DNA of 64,000 nt from an uncultured Gemmatimonadales bacterium (GTDB lineage Bacteria > Gemmatimonadota > Gemmatimonadetes > Gemmatimonadales > GWC2-71-9), in assembly GCA_963748815.1 (NCBI GenBank), contig CAVVKJ010000010.1, forward strand, positions 448,001-512,000, given 5' to 3'. How positions within the stretch are numbered: position 1 is the first letter of the stretch; every line of letters starts with the position of its first letter. A program made the position numbers and the translations under genes. Shown piece after piece: positions 33,600 to 43,652 of this stretch. Under the pieces are notes generated by a model that made no database searches, was not told the origin of the DNA, and saw only the letters and a program-made list of their open reading frames with translations.

Positions 33600-34375
33600 C
33601 AGCGGAGTCCGAGGTGCCCGGCGGCGATGCGGAGGCCCCGCAGCGTGAGGTCCGGCTCGATGCGCGTGATCAGTTCCGAGAACGGCGCGATCACACCGGC
33701 CAGTCCGCCGGTCGCGATGACGACGGGATTGTTCGGCGTGGGCCACTCCGCGAAGATTCGGCGCAGCATCCCGTCGGCGGCGTCGGCGGCGCCGAACAGC
33801 ACCCCCGCCTGGATGCACTCCTCCGTCCGCCGACCAATGACACGGTCGGGCGCAGCGAGTTCCGTGGCCGGGAGCTTGGCGGCGAGCCGGGTCAGTTGAT
33901 CCGCCGCCGTGCGGAGACCGGGCATGATGGCCCCGCCGATGAAACGGCCATCGCCGGTGATGCAGTCGAAGGTCGTGGCGGTGCCGAAGTCCACGACCAC
34001 GGCATCGGCGCGAACCAGCTCGAGGACCGCCAGCCCGTTCACGATCCGGTCGGCGCCGACGCTGAGCGGCTCGTCGACGTCGAGCTTGAGCGGCAGCGGC
34101 GAGCGCGGGTCGATCGAGACCGCCGAGCAGGCGGTGGCCGACTCGATCCCCGCCTTGACGCTCCGGGTGACATGCGGCGCCACCGAGGCGAGGATCACCC
34201 CCCGCACTTCGTTCGGCGAATGTCCGGCGTGGATCAGGAACGTCCCGATGGCCGTGCCCCATTCGTCGGGGGTCCGGTCGGGATTCGTGGTCAGCCGCCA
34301 GTGCGCGGTGATCTCGTCGCCCCGGAAGAGGCCGACGGTGATCTCCGTGTTGCCGATGTCGAGGGCGAGAAGCAT
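33596..34375 (-). CDS. coaX: Type III pantothenate kinase
   Basis: LDIGNTEI, GADRIVN, VDFGTATTFD, GGAIMPG, ATGG. Confidence 0.95.
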   Translation of the reverse strand: MLLALDIGNTEITVGLFRGDEITAHWRLTTNPDRTPDEWGTAIGTFLIHAGHSPNEVRGVILASVAPHVTRSVKAGIESATACSAVSIDPRSPLPLKLDVDEPLSVGADRIVNGLAVLELVRADAVVVDFGTATTFDCITGDGRFIGGAIMPGLRTAADQLTRLAAKLPATELAAPDRVIGRRTEECIQAGVLFGAADAADGMLRRIFAEWPTPNNPVVIATGGLAGVIAPFSELITRIEPDLTLRGLRIAAGHLGLRW

Positions 34376-34418
34376 GGAGGGAATCTAGGCGGGGAGTGGA
34401 CGGGCGGTAAGCCGCGAC

Positions 34419-35123
34419 TCAGCGGGCCACGACATCGCCAGCGGAAACCCGATGTCGAGCGCCGGACGCATCCTGGATGATAAGGCGGCCATCGGGCTGC
34501 ACCCCGGCGCCCGTCCCCGCGATCGGCGTATCGATGGCCCGTCCGAGGAGCCAATCCCGACGCGCGAACTCGGCGAGTTCCTCCGGGGTGAGAACGGGTG
34601 TCTGGAGATCCACGGCACAGAGCGCCGCGGCGATCGGGTCGGCGAGCGCCTCAACGGTGGTCTCGGAGCAGTAGTCCGCGAGCGTCGTCGCGCGAGCACT
34701 CAACTCATCCGGGATCGAGTTGACCACATTCAACCCCAGCCCGATGGCCACCCATCGCAGCCGGTCCCCCTGCCAGGTGGCCTCGGTCAGCACGCCCCCC
34801 ACCTTTCGATCGCGGACGATCAGGTCGTTGGGCCACTTGAGCATGACCGGTACGATGGGGGGGAGTCCGTCCAGCACGCGTGCAATCGCCAGCCCGGCAC
34901 GCAGGCTCAGCACCTCCATCCCGCCAGGCGTGCCGGCCCCTCGCCGGAGGACGCTCATCCAGAGCCCTCCGGGCGGCGAGTACCAGGTGCGGCCACGGGA
35001 TCCCCGCCCCGCCCACTGCTCCCGCGCCACCAGCCAGGTACCGTCGTCGGCGCCATCCGCGGCGCGGGCATGCACCTGATCCAGCGTGGAATCCACCACG
35101 TCGAGCCAGATGCCGGGGGTCAC
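34419..35123 (-). CDS. birA: Biotin-[acetyl-CoA-carboxylase] ligase (no HTH domain)
   Basis: EQWAGRGSRGRTWYSP, LKWPNDL, KVGGVLTE, IGLGLN. Confidence 0.9.
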   Translation of the reverse strand: MTPGIWLDVVDSTLDQVHARAADGADDGTWLVAREQWAGRGSRGRTWYSPPGGLWMSVLRRGAGTPGGMEVLSLRAGLAIARVLDGLPPIVPVMLKWPNDLIVRDRKVGGVLTEATWQGDRLRWVAIGLGLNVVNSIPDELSARATTLADYCSETTVEALADPIAAALCAVDLQTPVLTPEELAEFARRDWLLGRAIDTPIAGTGAGVQPDGRLIIQDASGARHRVSAGDVVAR

Positions 35124-35929
35124 CCGCCGCCGGCCTTCCACCAGACCAGCAACGCGGTGCCGACGACGATGCGGTACCAGCCAAACGGGGTGAAGTCGCG
35201 TTTGGCGACGAACCCGATGAACGCCCGGATCACCAGGAGCGCCGATAGGAACGAGACCACGAACCCGACGGTGAAGACCGGGATGTCCGCCGCGGTCAGG
35301 TTGCCGCGGCTGCTCACCAGGTCCAGCAGCGTGGCGGCCACCATGACCGGAATCGCGAGGAAGAACGAGAACTCGGTCGCGGCGGTTCGCGACAAACCCA
35401 GGAGGTATCCGCCGAGAATGGTGGCCCCCGCCCGGGACACGCCCGGGAAAAGGGCGAGCACCTGGGCCAGCCCCACCCCGAATGCGAGCCTCGGCGGCAG
35501 CACATCGACCGTGGCGACCCGCTGCACCGGCTGGGTGCGCTCGATGAGGAGGATGGCGATGCCGCCCACCACCAGCGCGCCTGCCACGGTCGGGACCGTG
35601 AAGAGATGCGCCTTGATCCACTTGTGCGCCCACAGGCCGATGACCGCCGCCGGGAGGAACCCGAGCGCCAGGTTCACGACGAAGGCCCGGCTCGCGGCGC
35701 TGGCGCCCAGGCTCCGCGCGATCGCGAGGAACCGGGCACGGTAGAGCCAGACGACCGCGAGGATCGCACCGAGCTGGATGAAGATCTCGAAGGTCTTGGC
35801 GCGTTCGCCGGTGAAGCCGAGGAGGTCGCCGGCCACGATGAGGTGACCGGTGGAGGAGACGGGGATGAACTCGGTGATGCCTTCGACCAGGCCGAGGAGG
35901 GCGGCCTGCAGGAGGAGGATGAGATCCAC
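35120..35929 (-). CDS. uppP: Undecaprenyl-diphosphate phosphatase
   Basis: GLVEGITEFIPVSSTGH, PGVSRAGATI, EFSFFLAIP, FGWYRI. Confidence 0.95.
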   Translation of the reverse strand: MDLILLLQAALLGLVEGITEFIPVSSTGHLIVAGDLLGFTGERAKTFEIFIQLGAILAVVWLYRARFLAIARSLGASAASRAFVVNLALGFLPAAVIGLWAHKWIKAHLFTVPTVAGALVVGGIAILLIERTQPVQRVATVDVLPPRLAFGVGLAQVLALFPGVSRAGATILGGYLLGLSRTAATEFSFFLAIPVMVAATLLDLVSSRGNLTAADIPVFTVGFVVSFLSALLVIRAFIGFVAKRDFTPFGWYRIVVGTALLVWWKAGGG

Positions 35930-37056
35930 TAGCCGAGGGCCTCGCGGTACATCGCCTCATACATCGGGACCACCCGGTCGGCGGAAAACTCGGCGGCCTT
36001 CTCCACGGCGGCTAGCGCCATCGCCCGATGCCGCGAGGGTTCCCGCAGCAGCTCCACCGCGCGCCGTCCCATCGCCTCCACGGAGCCCACCGGTTCCAGG
36101 ATGCCGTTGACGCCGTCTTCCACCACTTCGGGGAGTCCGCCGGCGCGGCTCGCCACCACCGGGGAGCCGCACGCCATTGCCTCCAGCGCCGCGAGCCCGA
36201 ACGACTCCGACTGCGACGGCAGGAGGAAGAGATCGGTCGCCTGCATCAGTTCCACGACCCGGTCGAGCCGGCCGAGAAACCGGACATCCGCCGTCACCTC
36301 CAGCAGCGCGGCCTCCCGCTCCGCCTCGGCGCGCTCCGGGCCGTCGCCGATCATCAGGAGGGTGGCCGGCATGGCGCGACGAATCCGGGAGAAGATGCGG
36401 ATCACGTCCTTGACCCGCTTCACCTCGCGGAAGTTGGAGGTGTGGCTGATGATCTTGTGCCCGGCCGGGGCCAACCCGTCCCGCTTGGGCGACTCGACCG
36501 GATGGTATTCCGCCAGGCTGACGAAGTTCGGGATGACCCGGAGGTTGGGATGCACCGGGCCGAAGGCGCGGAGCGTCTCGCTCCGCAGGAAGGCGGACAC
36601 GGCGCTCACCTCGTCGGACCGTTCGATCGAGAAGCGGGTGATGTCGAAGAAGCTCGACTCCTGGCCGACCAGCGTGATGTCGGTGCCGTGCAGGGTGGTC
36701 ACCACCTTGATGGGGTGCTCCCTGGCGAGCATTTCCCGCGCGATCCAGGCCGTGGTGGCGTAGGGGATCGCGTAGTGCACGTGGAGCAGGTCGAGCTTCT
36801 CCCTGCGGCTCACCTCGTACTGGTGCGACGCCAGCGCCAGGGTGAACGGGAAATGATCGAAGAGCGGATAGTGTCCGTGGCGCGTCTCGACCTCGTGGTA
36901 GTACACCCGCTCGGCAAACCCGCCCCGCAGCCGGAACGGCGAGGCGTAGGTGATGAAATGCACCTCGTGCCCGCGACGGGCGAGTTCCAGCCCGAGTTCG
37001 GTTGCCACGGCGCCGGATCCGCCGTACGTCGGGTAACAGGTAATGCCGATCTTCAT
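35929..37056 (-). CDS. bshA: N-acetyl-alpha-D-glucosaminyl L-malate synthase
   Basis: MKIGITCYPTYGGSGAVATELG, HVHYAIP, TTLHGTDITLVG, SNFREVKR, ESFGLAALEAM. Confidence 0.93.
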   Translation of the reverse strand: MKIGITCYPTYGGSGAVATELGLELARRGHEVHFITYASPFRLRGGFAERVYYHEVETRHGHYPLFDHFPFTLALASHQYEVSRREKLDLLHVHYAIPYATTAWIAREMLAREHPIKVVTTLHGTDITLVGQESSFFDITRFSIERSDEVSAVSAFLRSETLRAFGPVHPNLRVIPNFVSLAEYHPVESPKRDGLAPAGHKIISHTSNFREVKRVKDVIRIFSRIRRAMPATLLMIGDGPERAEAEREAALLEVTADVRFLGRLDRVVELMQATDLFLLPSQSESFGLAALEAMACGSPVVASRAGGLPEVVEDGVNGILEPVGSVEAMGRRAVELLREPSRHRAMALAAVEKAAEFSADRVVPMYEAMYREALG

Positions 37057-37970
37057 GTTTCGCTCCAATGGGCCGCGATCTCCGCGGCGAGTTCCGCAGG
37101 CGGTCGGGTGGCGTCGAGCCGGAGGACGTCGCCGTCCAGCTGATGCCGAAACCAGGTCTCCTGGCGCTTCGCGTATTGCCGGGTGCTGATGGTGATGGCC
37201 TCCGCTACGGACTCGCGGGACCGGGCGCCGTGAAGGTACTCCACCGCCTCCTTCACCCCGATGCCGTCGAGACCAGGCGCGTGGGCGGCGTGCCCCTCGG
37301 CCAGCACCGAGGCGACCTCCTCGATCAGGCCGCGTTGGACCATCTCGGCTGCCCGCCGTTCGATCCGCTGGTGCAGAATCGGCCGGGGCACGCTGAGGAC
37401 CACGTACCAGGGTTCGAACCGCCGGCCCTCGCGCGCAGCGCGCTGCCAGTGCGTCAGCGGGTGACCGGTCATCAGCGCCATCTCGATGCAGCGAAGCGCC
37501 CGCTGGCGGCCACCGCCGGCGTACTCCGCATCGAGCCGGCTGGCCCATCGGACCAGCTCAGCCGGGGTGAGGTGCCCCAGGTACGATTCGAGGTGCTTCC
37601 GGCGCGTCGCATCGAGGGCCGGTTCGCGAAAGAGCCCGTCCATTAACGCCCGGATGTAAAGCCCGGTTCCCCCGACCACCACCGGGAGCCGATCCCGGGC
37701 CTGCACCATCTCGATCCAGGCACTGGCCGCCGCCGCCCAGCGCCCGGCGCTGAACCGGTGCCCGGGGTCCAGGATGTCCACGCCGTGGTGCGGCACCCGT
37801 GCCTGTTCCTTCCGGGTCGGCTTGGCGGTGCCAATGTCGAGACGCCGGTAGACTTGCCGGGAATCGGCGGAAATGATTTCGAGCGGCCAGTGGGCGGCGA
37901 GGGCCAGCGCCACCGCCGTCTTCCCCACCGCCGTCGGTCCGACGAGGACCGGGACCCTACCGGCGGCCAA
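37053..37970 (-). CDS. miaA: tRNA dimethylallyltransferase
   Basis: GPTAVGKT, SADSRQVYRRLDIGTAKP, VGGTGLY, TRQYAKRQETWF. TTG start inferred. Confidence 0.95.
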   Translation of the reverse strand: MAAGRVPVLVGPTAVGKTAVALALAAHWPLEIISADSRQVYRRLDIGTAKPTRKEQARVPHHGVDILDPGHRFSAGRWAAAASAWIEMVQARDRLPVVVGGTGLYIRALMDGLFREPALDATRRKHLESYLGHLTPAELVRWASRLDAEYAGGGRQRALRCIEMALMTGHPLTHWQRAAREGRRFEPWYVVLSVPRPILHQRIERRAAEMVQRGLIEEVASVLAEGHAAHAPGLDGIGVKEAVEYLHGARSRESVAEAITISTRQYAKRQETWFRHQLDGDVLRLDATRPPAELAAEIAAHWSET

Positions 37971-39669
37971 ACCGTCGCTCGAGCTCCTCGCGGGGGAGCT
38001 GGACGATCGTCGAACGCCCGTGCACGTCGTGCGGGGGCAGCTCGGTGGCAAAGAGCCGGAGCAGCAACTCGCGCATTTCCCCCTGGCTCAGCCGCTGCCC
38101 CGCCTTCACCGCGGCGCGGCAGGCGTAGGTGGCGCCGAACCGTTCGAGCGGGTTGGCCCACCCCCCAAACCGGCCGCGCGCCAGGTCGGCGACCATCTCC
38201 TGGAAACAGGCGACGGCATCGAATCGCGGATGCGGCGTCGGGACCGCCTGCAGCGCGACGGTGTTGCCACCGAATTCCTCCACCACAAACCCGACGCGCT
38301 CGAGCGCCTCACGGTGCCGCTCGACGGCGTCCAGCTCCTCGTCGGTCAGTTCCACCGTGGCCGGGATGAGCAGCCGCTGGGAGGGCGCGCCGGCGCCGGA
38401 GATGGCCTCCATCACCGCCTCGAAGAGCACCCGCTCGTGCGCCGAGTGCTGGTCGACAAAGACCACGCCCTCATCCGCCTGGTACACGATGTAGGTGTCG
38501 AAGAGCTGGGTGAGCCCGCCGGCGAAGGGGTCCGCCGCGCCGACGACCCCGGCCGATCCCGATTCGGGGGCAGTGGCGAACGGCCCCGCCTCGTCGAACA
38601 GCGAGGCGACGACGTCGTGGGCGTCGAGGGTCGCGTGACCCGCCGGCATCGGGCGCCAGTCGCCGACCGGCGCGGCCGCCACCAGCGCGCCAATCGCCTG
38701 CCGGACAGCGTCCTCCATCGTCCGCTCGAGCCCGATCCGGTCGCGGAACCGCACCTCCATCTTGGAGGGATGGACATTCACGTCCACTTCGCCGGGGGCA
38801 AGGTCGATGCGGAGATAAAGCGAGGGACGGTCGCCGGGATGGATGGCCGCCCGGTACCCCGCCTCCGCCGCCCGCACGAGGAAGGGATCACGAAACGGGC
38901 GGCCGTTGACGAAGAGTTGAGTGCGGCGGCCGCTGGGCGACGCGTCACCGGGGCGCTGCACAAATCCGGAAATCCGGAAGGCGCCGGCGGCATGGTCCAC
39001 CCCGACCATGGTGCCGACCAGATCACGCCCCCACACGGAGACGAGGCGGTCGGTCTCTTCCTCATCGGGTGGCGCGGCCAAACGCACCTGGCCGTCCTGC
39101 AGGAGTTCAATGCCCACGGCGGGATGGGCCAGGGCCAGCGTCGCGACCGCTTCGTATGCCGCCCGGGATTCGCTCGCCGCGGACCGGAGGAACTTGCGGC
39201 GGGCCGGGGTGTTGAAAAAGAGCCCGCGCACGGTGACGGTGGTGCCGCGCTGCCGGGCGACGGCTCCCACCTGCTCGAGCCGACCGCCGACCACCCGCAA
39301 CTCGGTGCCCTCGCCCCCCTCTTCGGCCGTCGTGAGGGTCAGGCGGCTGACCGATCCGATGGCGGGGAGCGCCTCGCCGCGGAACCCGAAGGTGGTGACC
39401 CCGGTCAGGTCCGCGGCGCTGCGAATCTTGCTCGTGGCATGGCGGTCGAGGGAGAGCACCGCGTCTTCTCGGCCCATCCCGCAGCCGTCGTCGGCCACTT
39501 CGATGAGCGTCTTGCCTCCGTTCTCGATGGCAATCCGGACCCGCGTCGCGCCCGCGTCGATGGCGTTCTCGACGAGTTCCTTGAGCGCCGACGCGGGGCG
39601 CGCGACGACTTCGCCCGCGGCGATCTGGTCGGCGACGGCATCGGGAAGGATGGCAATGCGGCGTGACAT
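37957..39669 (-). CDS. mutL: DNA mismatch repair endonuclease MutL
   Basis: IAAGEVV, KELVENAIDAGA, HATSKI, GFRGEAL, DQHSAHERVLFE, ACRAAVK. Confidence 0.96.
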   Translation of the reverse strand: MSRRIAILPDAVADQIAAGEVVARPASALKELVENAIDAGATRVRIAIENGGKTLIEVADDGCGMGREDAVLSLDRHATSKIRSAADLTGVTTFGFRGEALPAIGSVSRLTLTTAEEGGEGTELRVVGGRLEQVGAVARQRGTTVTVRGLFFNTPARRKFLRSAASESRAAYEAVATLALAHPAVGIELLQDGQVRLAAPPDEEETDRLVSVWGRDLVGTMVGVDHAAGAFRISGFVQRPGDASPSGRRTQLFVNGRPFRDPFLVRAAEAGYRAAIHPGDRPSLYLRIDLAPGEVDVNVHPSKMEVRFRDRIGLERTMEDAVRQAIGALVAAAPVGDWRPMPAGHATLDAHDVVASLFDEAGPFATAPESGSAGVVGAADPFAGGLTQLFDTYIVYQADEGVVFVDQHSAHERVLFEAVMEAISGAGAPSQRLLIPATVELTDEELDAVERHREALERVGFVVEEFGGNTVALQAVPTPHPRFDAVACFQEMVADLARGRFGGWANPLERFGATYACRAAVKAGQRLSQGEMRELLLRLFATELPPHDVHGRSTIVQLPREELERRFGRR

Positions 39670-39678
39670 GCCTGCAAT

Positions 39679-42030
39679 CTACTCGGAGTCAATCGGGACG
39701 ACCGCGTCGGCGGGCACCCAGCCGAGGCGGCCGGAGGGATCGCGGACGAGATGCCAGCCGCGCTGGCTCTGGAGTCGCTGAAGGGCCTGTCCCTCGTCGA
39801 GCGCGGCGAGGGCCGACCCGCGGCCGTGCGGGCTGACTCGCAGCGGCACGGCGGTGAGCACGAGGTCCACCGGCTCGGCGTAGCGCGCGGTCAGCCAGGC
39901 GGCGCCGGCGCCGAGGAGCAGCGCCGCCGCGCCGACCCACGCCCACCGCCGCACCAGCGCTGGCCGGACGAACATGCCGCCCCAGGCGACGATCCACAGC
40001 AGCAGGGCCGCGAGCGCCATTTCGCTCGGGGTGAACGGAGCGGTCCAGAGCCGGCTGGCCGACACCTGGTCGGGTGGTGGCGTGAGGTGGAGTGCCTGCC
40101 TGACGCTGCGGTTCCGCGGCGCGAGCCGGAGGGCCCGGTGCCACTCGGCACTGGCCTGCACCGGCGCGCCGAGCCGGTAGTCGGCCGCGCCGAGATTGTA
40201 CCAGTGCGCCGCGATATCGGGCTGTGCCTCGGCCCGGGTAGCAAACGCGGCGCGGGCGGCGGTCAGCGCGCCGCTTTCGTAGAGCGCCTCTGCAGACCGG
40301 TCCTGCGCCTGGACGCCACCGGCCAGCGTCGCAAGCAGGAGCAAGGAGGCCAGCAGGCCGTGCGACACCCGACGGCGGCGATCGCCACCGGCCAGCTGCG
40401 CGCGCAGCGATTCCCAGCGCCGAATGATCTCCTCGTCCTGCCCCCGCTGGGTCGGCGCGTAGCGGCGCTCGCGGAGCATGCCGCGGAGCTCGAGCAGTTG
40501 CTGGACGGTGTCCGGTTCGAGCCCGGCGGCGCGCAGCGCCGCGGACAAATCGGAATCGTCGCCGGAGACGATGGCAGCGGGGGCGAGCCCCGTCACCAGC
40601 CCATCGAGTTCGATTTCCACGGTCCGCGCGCTCACGCCGCGTGCGGCCGGGCCGGCAAGTGGACGGCGGCGGCGCCGCGCGACCAGCTGCACCACACCCC
40701 ACAGGGCCGGCGGCCCGCAGAGGATCAGCACCCAGCCCCACCGGCCCGGAAACGCGGTGAGATTGGCCGGCACCAGGCTCCGGTGCGCGGTCAGCAACGG
40801 CGGTGGCAAGGCGCCCTCGGCCAGCGCGGCCGGTTCCGCGACCGTCAGCGACATCGCCGGCACCTTCGCGACGCGGAAGCTCCGGGTGCCGAGGTCGTAG
40901 TAGGGATACTCGATGGCGGGAAGCGCCAGCGTCCCCACGGCGTCCGGCACGAGCGAGAACCCGAAGCTCTTGGTCCCGGTCACGATGCCGTCGCGCGTCT
41001 CGGGACGCTCCTCGACCAGTTCCGGGTAGGCGCGCGCGCCCTCGGGCCAGCTGAGATCGGGTGCCGGCCAGAGGGTGACATTCCCCTTTCCCGCCACCAC
41101 GACCGACACGTGAATCGGCTCGCGTGCGCGGGCAGTCGGCGGCGTCAGAATCCGCTCCACCGTCAGGTCGGTCCCCACCGCGCCGACGTACCCTGAGGGA
41201 CGCCCTGTTTCGGGAATGGGGCGCACCGAGATGTAGGCGCTATCGCTGCTGACGGCGAACCGTTCCTCCTGGCTGAAAAACTGAAGGGCGAGCGGCACCG
41301 AGTACTGCATCTGCGCGGGCGTGATGGTCAGCTCGCCGCTGCGCACCGGGAACGCGATCTGGTGCGCCACGAAGAGATCATACCAGACGCCGCCGACCTG
41401 GCGGCTCGCTGCGATGCCGACCGGGGCCGGTTGCGGATAACTCCACATCCCCTCGACGGAGGGCGGGACCAGCGTCGGCGCACGCCGGAGCCGGAGCCGG
41501 AGCTCCCGCGGAAACCAGGCGGCAGTCACGATATCCACCTGCTCACCGACCGTCGCAGTTTCGCTGGAGACCAGCAACGACAGCCCGACCTCGCCCGGAG
41601 CCCGGGGAGGTCGTGCCTGTTCCAGCAGTCGCCTGATCCGTGGGTTGATCTGGGCCGCCACCGCGGCGCTGCCGGTGTCGGTCACCTTGACCGTCAGGGC
41701 CCCGACCTCGGCGATGGCGTCGCCCTGCCGCGCATGGAAGGGCCCGAACTTCCATTGGCCCGACCGGATGGCACGAAGCCGCAGTTCGATCGTCTTGGTG
41801 CGCGACACCGCCGCGTTGGGATTGACGCTGGTTCCCTCGGTGCGCGACACGACCACGAACCCGTCCGCCGCGCCGAGGCGCAGCTCGATCGGCAGCGACG
41901 ACGCGCTCCGGGTCCGTACGGTCAGCAGGACTTCCTCGCCCACCGCGACTTCATCCCGGTCGAGGGTGACGGTCAGTTCAGGCGGAGTCGCCTGCTGAAG
42001 CGCGGCGAGCAACAGGAGGGTCGCTACCAA
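39679..42030 (-). CDS. BatD-family protein fused to a BatE-like TPR/SH3 region
   Basis: Ig-like BatD repeats (GAVG), TM segments, TPR (WYNLGAADYRLG), terminal SH3-like GWVP. Start inferred. Confidence 0.75.
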   Translation of the reverse strand: MVATLLLLAALQQATPPELTVTLDRDEVAVGEEVLLTVRTRSASSLPIELRLGAADGFVVVSRTEGTSVNPNAAVSRTKTIELRLRAIRSGQWKFGPFHARQGDAIAEVGALTVKVTDTGSAAVAAQINPRIRRLLEQARPPRAPGEVGLSLLVSSETATVGEQVDIVTAAWFPRELRLRLRRAPTLVPPSVEGMWSYPQPAPVGIAASRQVGGVWYDLFVAHQIAFPVRSGELTITPAQMQYSVPLALQFFSQEERFAVSSDSAYISVRPIPETGRPSGYVGAVGTDLTVERILTPPTARAREPIHVSVVVAGKGNVTLWPAPDLSWPEGARAYPELVEERPETRDGIVTGTKSFGFSLVPDAVGTLALPAIEYPYYDLGTRSFRVAKVPAMSLTVAEPAALAEGALPPPLLTAHRSLVPANLTAFPGRWGWVLILCGPPALWGVVQLVARRRRRPLAGPAARGVSARTVEIELDGLVTGLAPAAIVSGDDSDLSAALRAAGLEPDTVQQLLELRGMLRERRYAPTQRGQDEEIIRRWESLRAQLAGGDRRRRVSHGLLASLLLLATLAGGVQAQDRSAEALYESGALTAARAAFATRAEAQPDIAAHWYNLGAADYRLGAPVQASAEWHRALRLAPRNRSVRQALHLTPPPDQVSASRLWTAPFTPSEMALAALLLWIVAWGGMFVRPALVRRWAWVGAAALLLGAGAAWLTARYAEPVDLVLTAVPLRVSPHGRGSALAALDEGQALQRLQSQRGWHLVRDPSGRLGWVPADAVVPIDSE

Positions 42031-43652
42031 TCCTTGGCCCCTCCCATCCCACCGGACAACCGGTCGAGCTGCCGGTTGCGCGTGGCGCGTTCCTCCCGCT
42101 CGACCGAGTTGAGGATCTGTTCGGCCTGCTCCCGCGTCAGTCCGCGGTTCTGGTTCTGTTGCTGCTCCGGCGGCTTGGGCTGCTGTCCGCTCTGCGGCGG
42201 TGGCGGCTTCTGCCCGCCTCCCCCGGATGGCGGTGGCGGGGGACGCATCCGTTCGGCCAGTTCCAGGTTCCACTTGGCCCGCGCGGAACCCGGTTCAAGC
42301 AGCAGCGCCTCACGCAGGTGGGCCGCGGCCTCGCCGACCAGCGTGTCGCGGAGCGTCGAGTCGGCCAGTGCCGCCCGGAGATCCACCACGCCGAGGTTGT
42401 AGAGGGCGCGGTACCGCAGTCCCGGATCGGTGGTCTTGCTCGCCTCGAGCAGCGCCCGGCGGGCCACCTTCAAGTCCCCGGCGCGCAGGGCGGCGGTGCC
42501 GGCGTTGTAGAACGCCGTGTCGCGCCGTCCCCCTTCCTTCGCCTCCTGGAGGAAGGCGCCCGCGGCGGCCGTCGCATCGCCGGAGGAGAGGGCACGCGCC
42601 CCGTCCGAGGGCCGCTGCGCCTGCGCGACGGCGGGGAGGCCGAGGGCGAGGGCGAGCACCAGCAGCGACGCGCCGCGCCGGAGCAGCGTCGCGACGAGGA
42701 GCACCACGGCCCCAACCAGGAGCGGCAACCAACCCATCGGCCGAAGGTCGGCCGCGCGGCTCTCGGTGCTGGGACTCCGCTTGAATGCCGCCACGAGATC
42801 GCGGACGGCGCCCGCCTGGTCCGACAGCGAGGCCGGCACCACCGTGCCGTCGGCCGCTTCGGCGGTGGCGCGGAGGACTTCCTCGTGCAGGCTGGTCTCC
42901 ACCACTTGACCCTCCTGGTCGAGCTTGTACTCGATCAACTGACCCGACGGGTCCCGGATCGGGATCTTCACCGGTACCGGGGTCCCTTCGCCAACCAGGA
43001 TCAGCCGAATGCCCGCCGCTTTGATCCGTTCAGCGGCGTCGAGGGCGGTCGACATCGAGTCGTGCATCTCTCCGTCGGTGAACACCACGAGCACCCGGTC
43101 GGAGATTTCCGTGGTGGCCTCGAGCAGCTCCAGTCCCTGGTTCAGGGTGGCCGCGAGATTCGTCCCCCCCTCGCTGGCCAGGTCCGGATCGAGGCCGTCG
43201 AGATAGAGGGACACGGCGCCGCCATCGACCGTCAGCGGCGTGAGGATGTAGCTCCGGCCCGCGAAGGCGATCAGGCCGAGCCGGTCGCCGGCGAGGTCCT
43301 GGACCAGGCGCCGGGCCTCGCGCTTCGCCCGGCCCAGGCGGCTCGGCGCGACGTCTTCCGCCAGCATCGACCGGCTGATGTCCGCGGCGATGACGAGGCT
43401 CAGCGCGCGGGCCTCCGTCTTCACGGTGGTCCGGCCACCCCGCGGCCCCGCCACCGCGACGGCAGCACAGAGCACCGCGATGCCGAGGGCCCACGGGGTC
43501 CCCCGGCCCCGGCGCGCCGCCTCGGCGCCGAGGCGCGCCGACCACGCCGTGGTGGCGACCACGCGCCGGCGGCGCCCCCACCAGGCGAGTGCCGCCCCGC
43601 CCGCGGCGATCATGGGGGCGAGGAGCAGCAGCCACTGCGCGTCGAAGATCAT
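42024..43652 (-). CDS. VWA plus TPR protein (BatB-BatC fusion)
   Basis: MIDAS DISRSM, PSRL, FTDGE, TPR YNAG/YNLG, Q/P-rich linker, C-terminal KDW. Confidence 0.85.
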   Translation of the reverse strand: MIFDAQWLLLLAPMIAAGGAALAWWGRRRRVVATTAWSARLGAEAARRGRGTPWALGIAVLCAAVAVAGPRGGRTTVKTEARALSLVIAADISRSMLAEDVAPSRLGRAKREARRLVQDLAGDRLGLIAFAGRSYILTPLTVDGGAVSLYLDGLDPDLASEGGTNLAATLNQGLELLEATTEISDRVLVVFTDGEMHDSMSTALDAAERIKAAGIRLILVGEGTPVPVKIPIRDPSGQLIEYKLDQEGQVVETSLHEEVLRATAEAADGTVVPASLSDQAGAVRDLVAAFKRSPSTESRAADLRPMGWLPLLVGAVVLLVATLLRRGASLLVLALALGLPAVAQAQRPSDGARALSSGDATAAAGAFLQEAKEGGRRDTAFYNAGTAALRAGDLKVARRALLEASKTTDPGLRYRALYNLGVVDLRAALADSTLRDTLVGEAAAHLREALLLEPGSARAKWNLELAERMRPPPPPSGGGGQKPPPPQSGQQPKPPEQQQNQNRGLTREQAEQILNSVEREERATRNRQLDRLSGGMGGAKDW

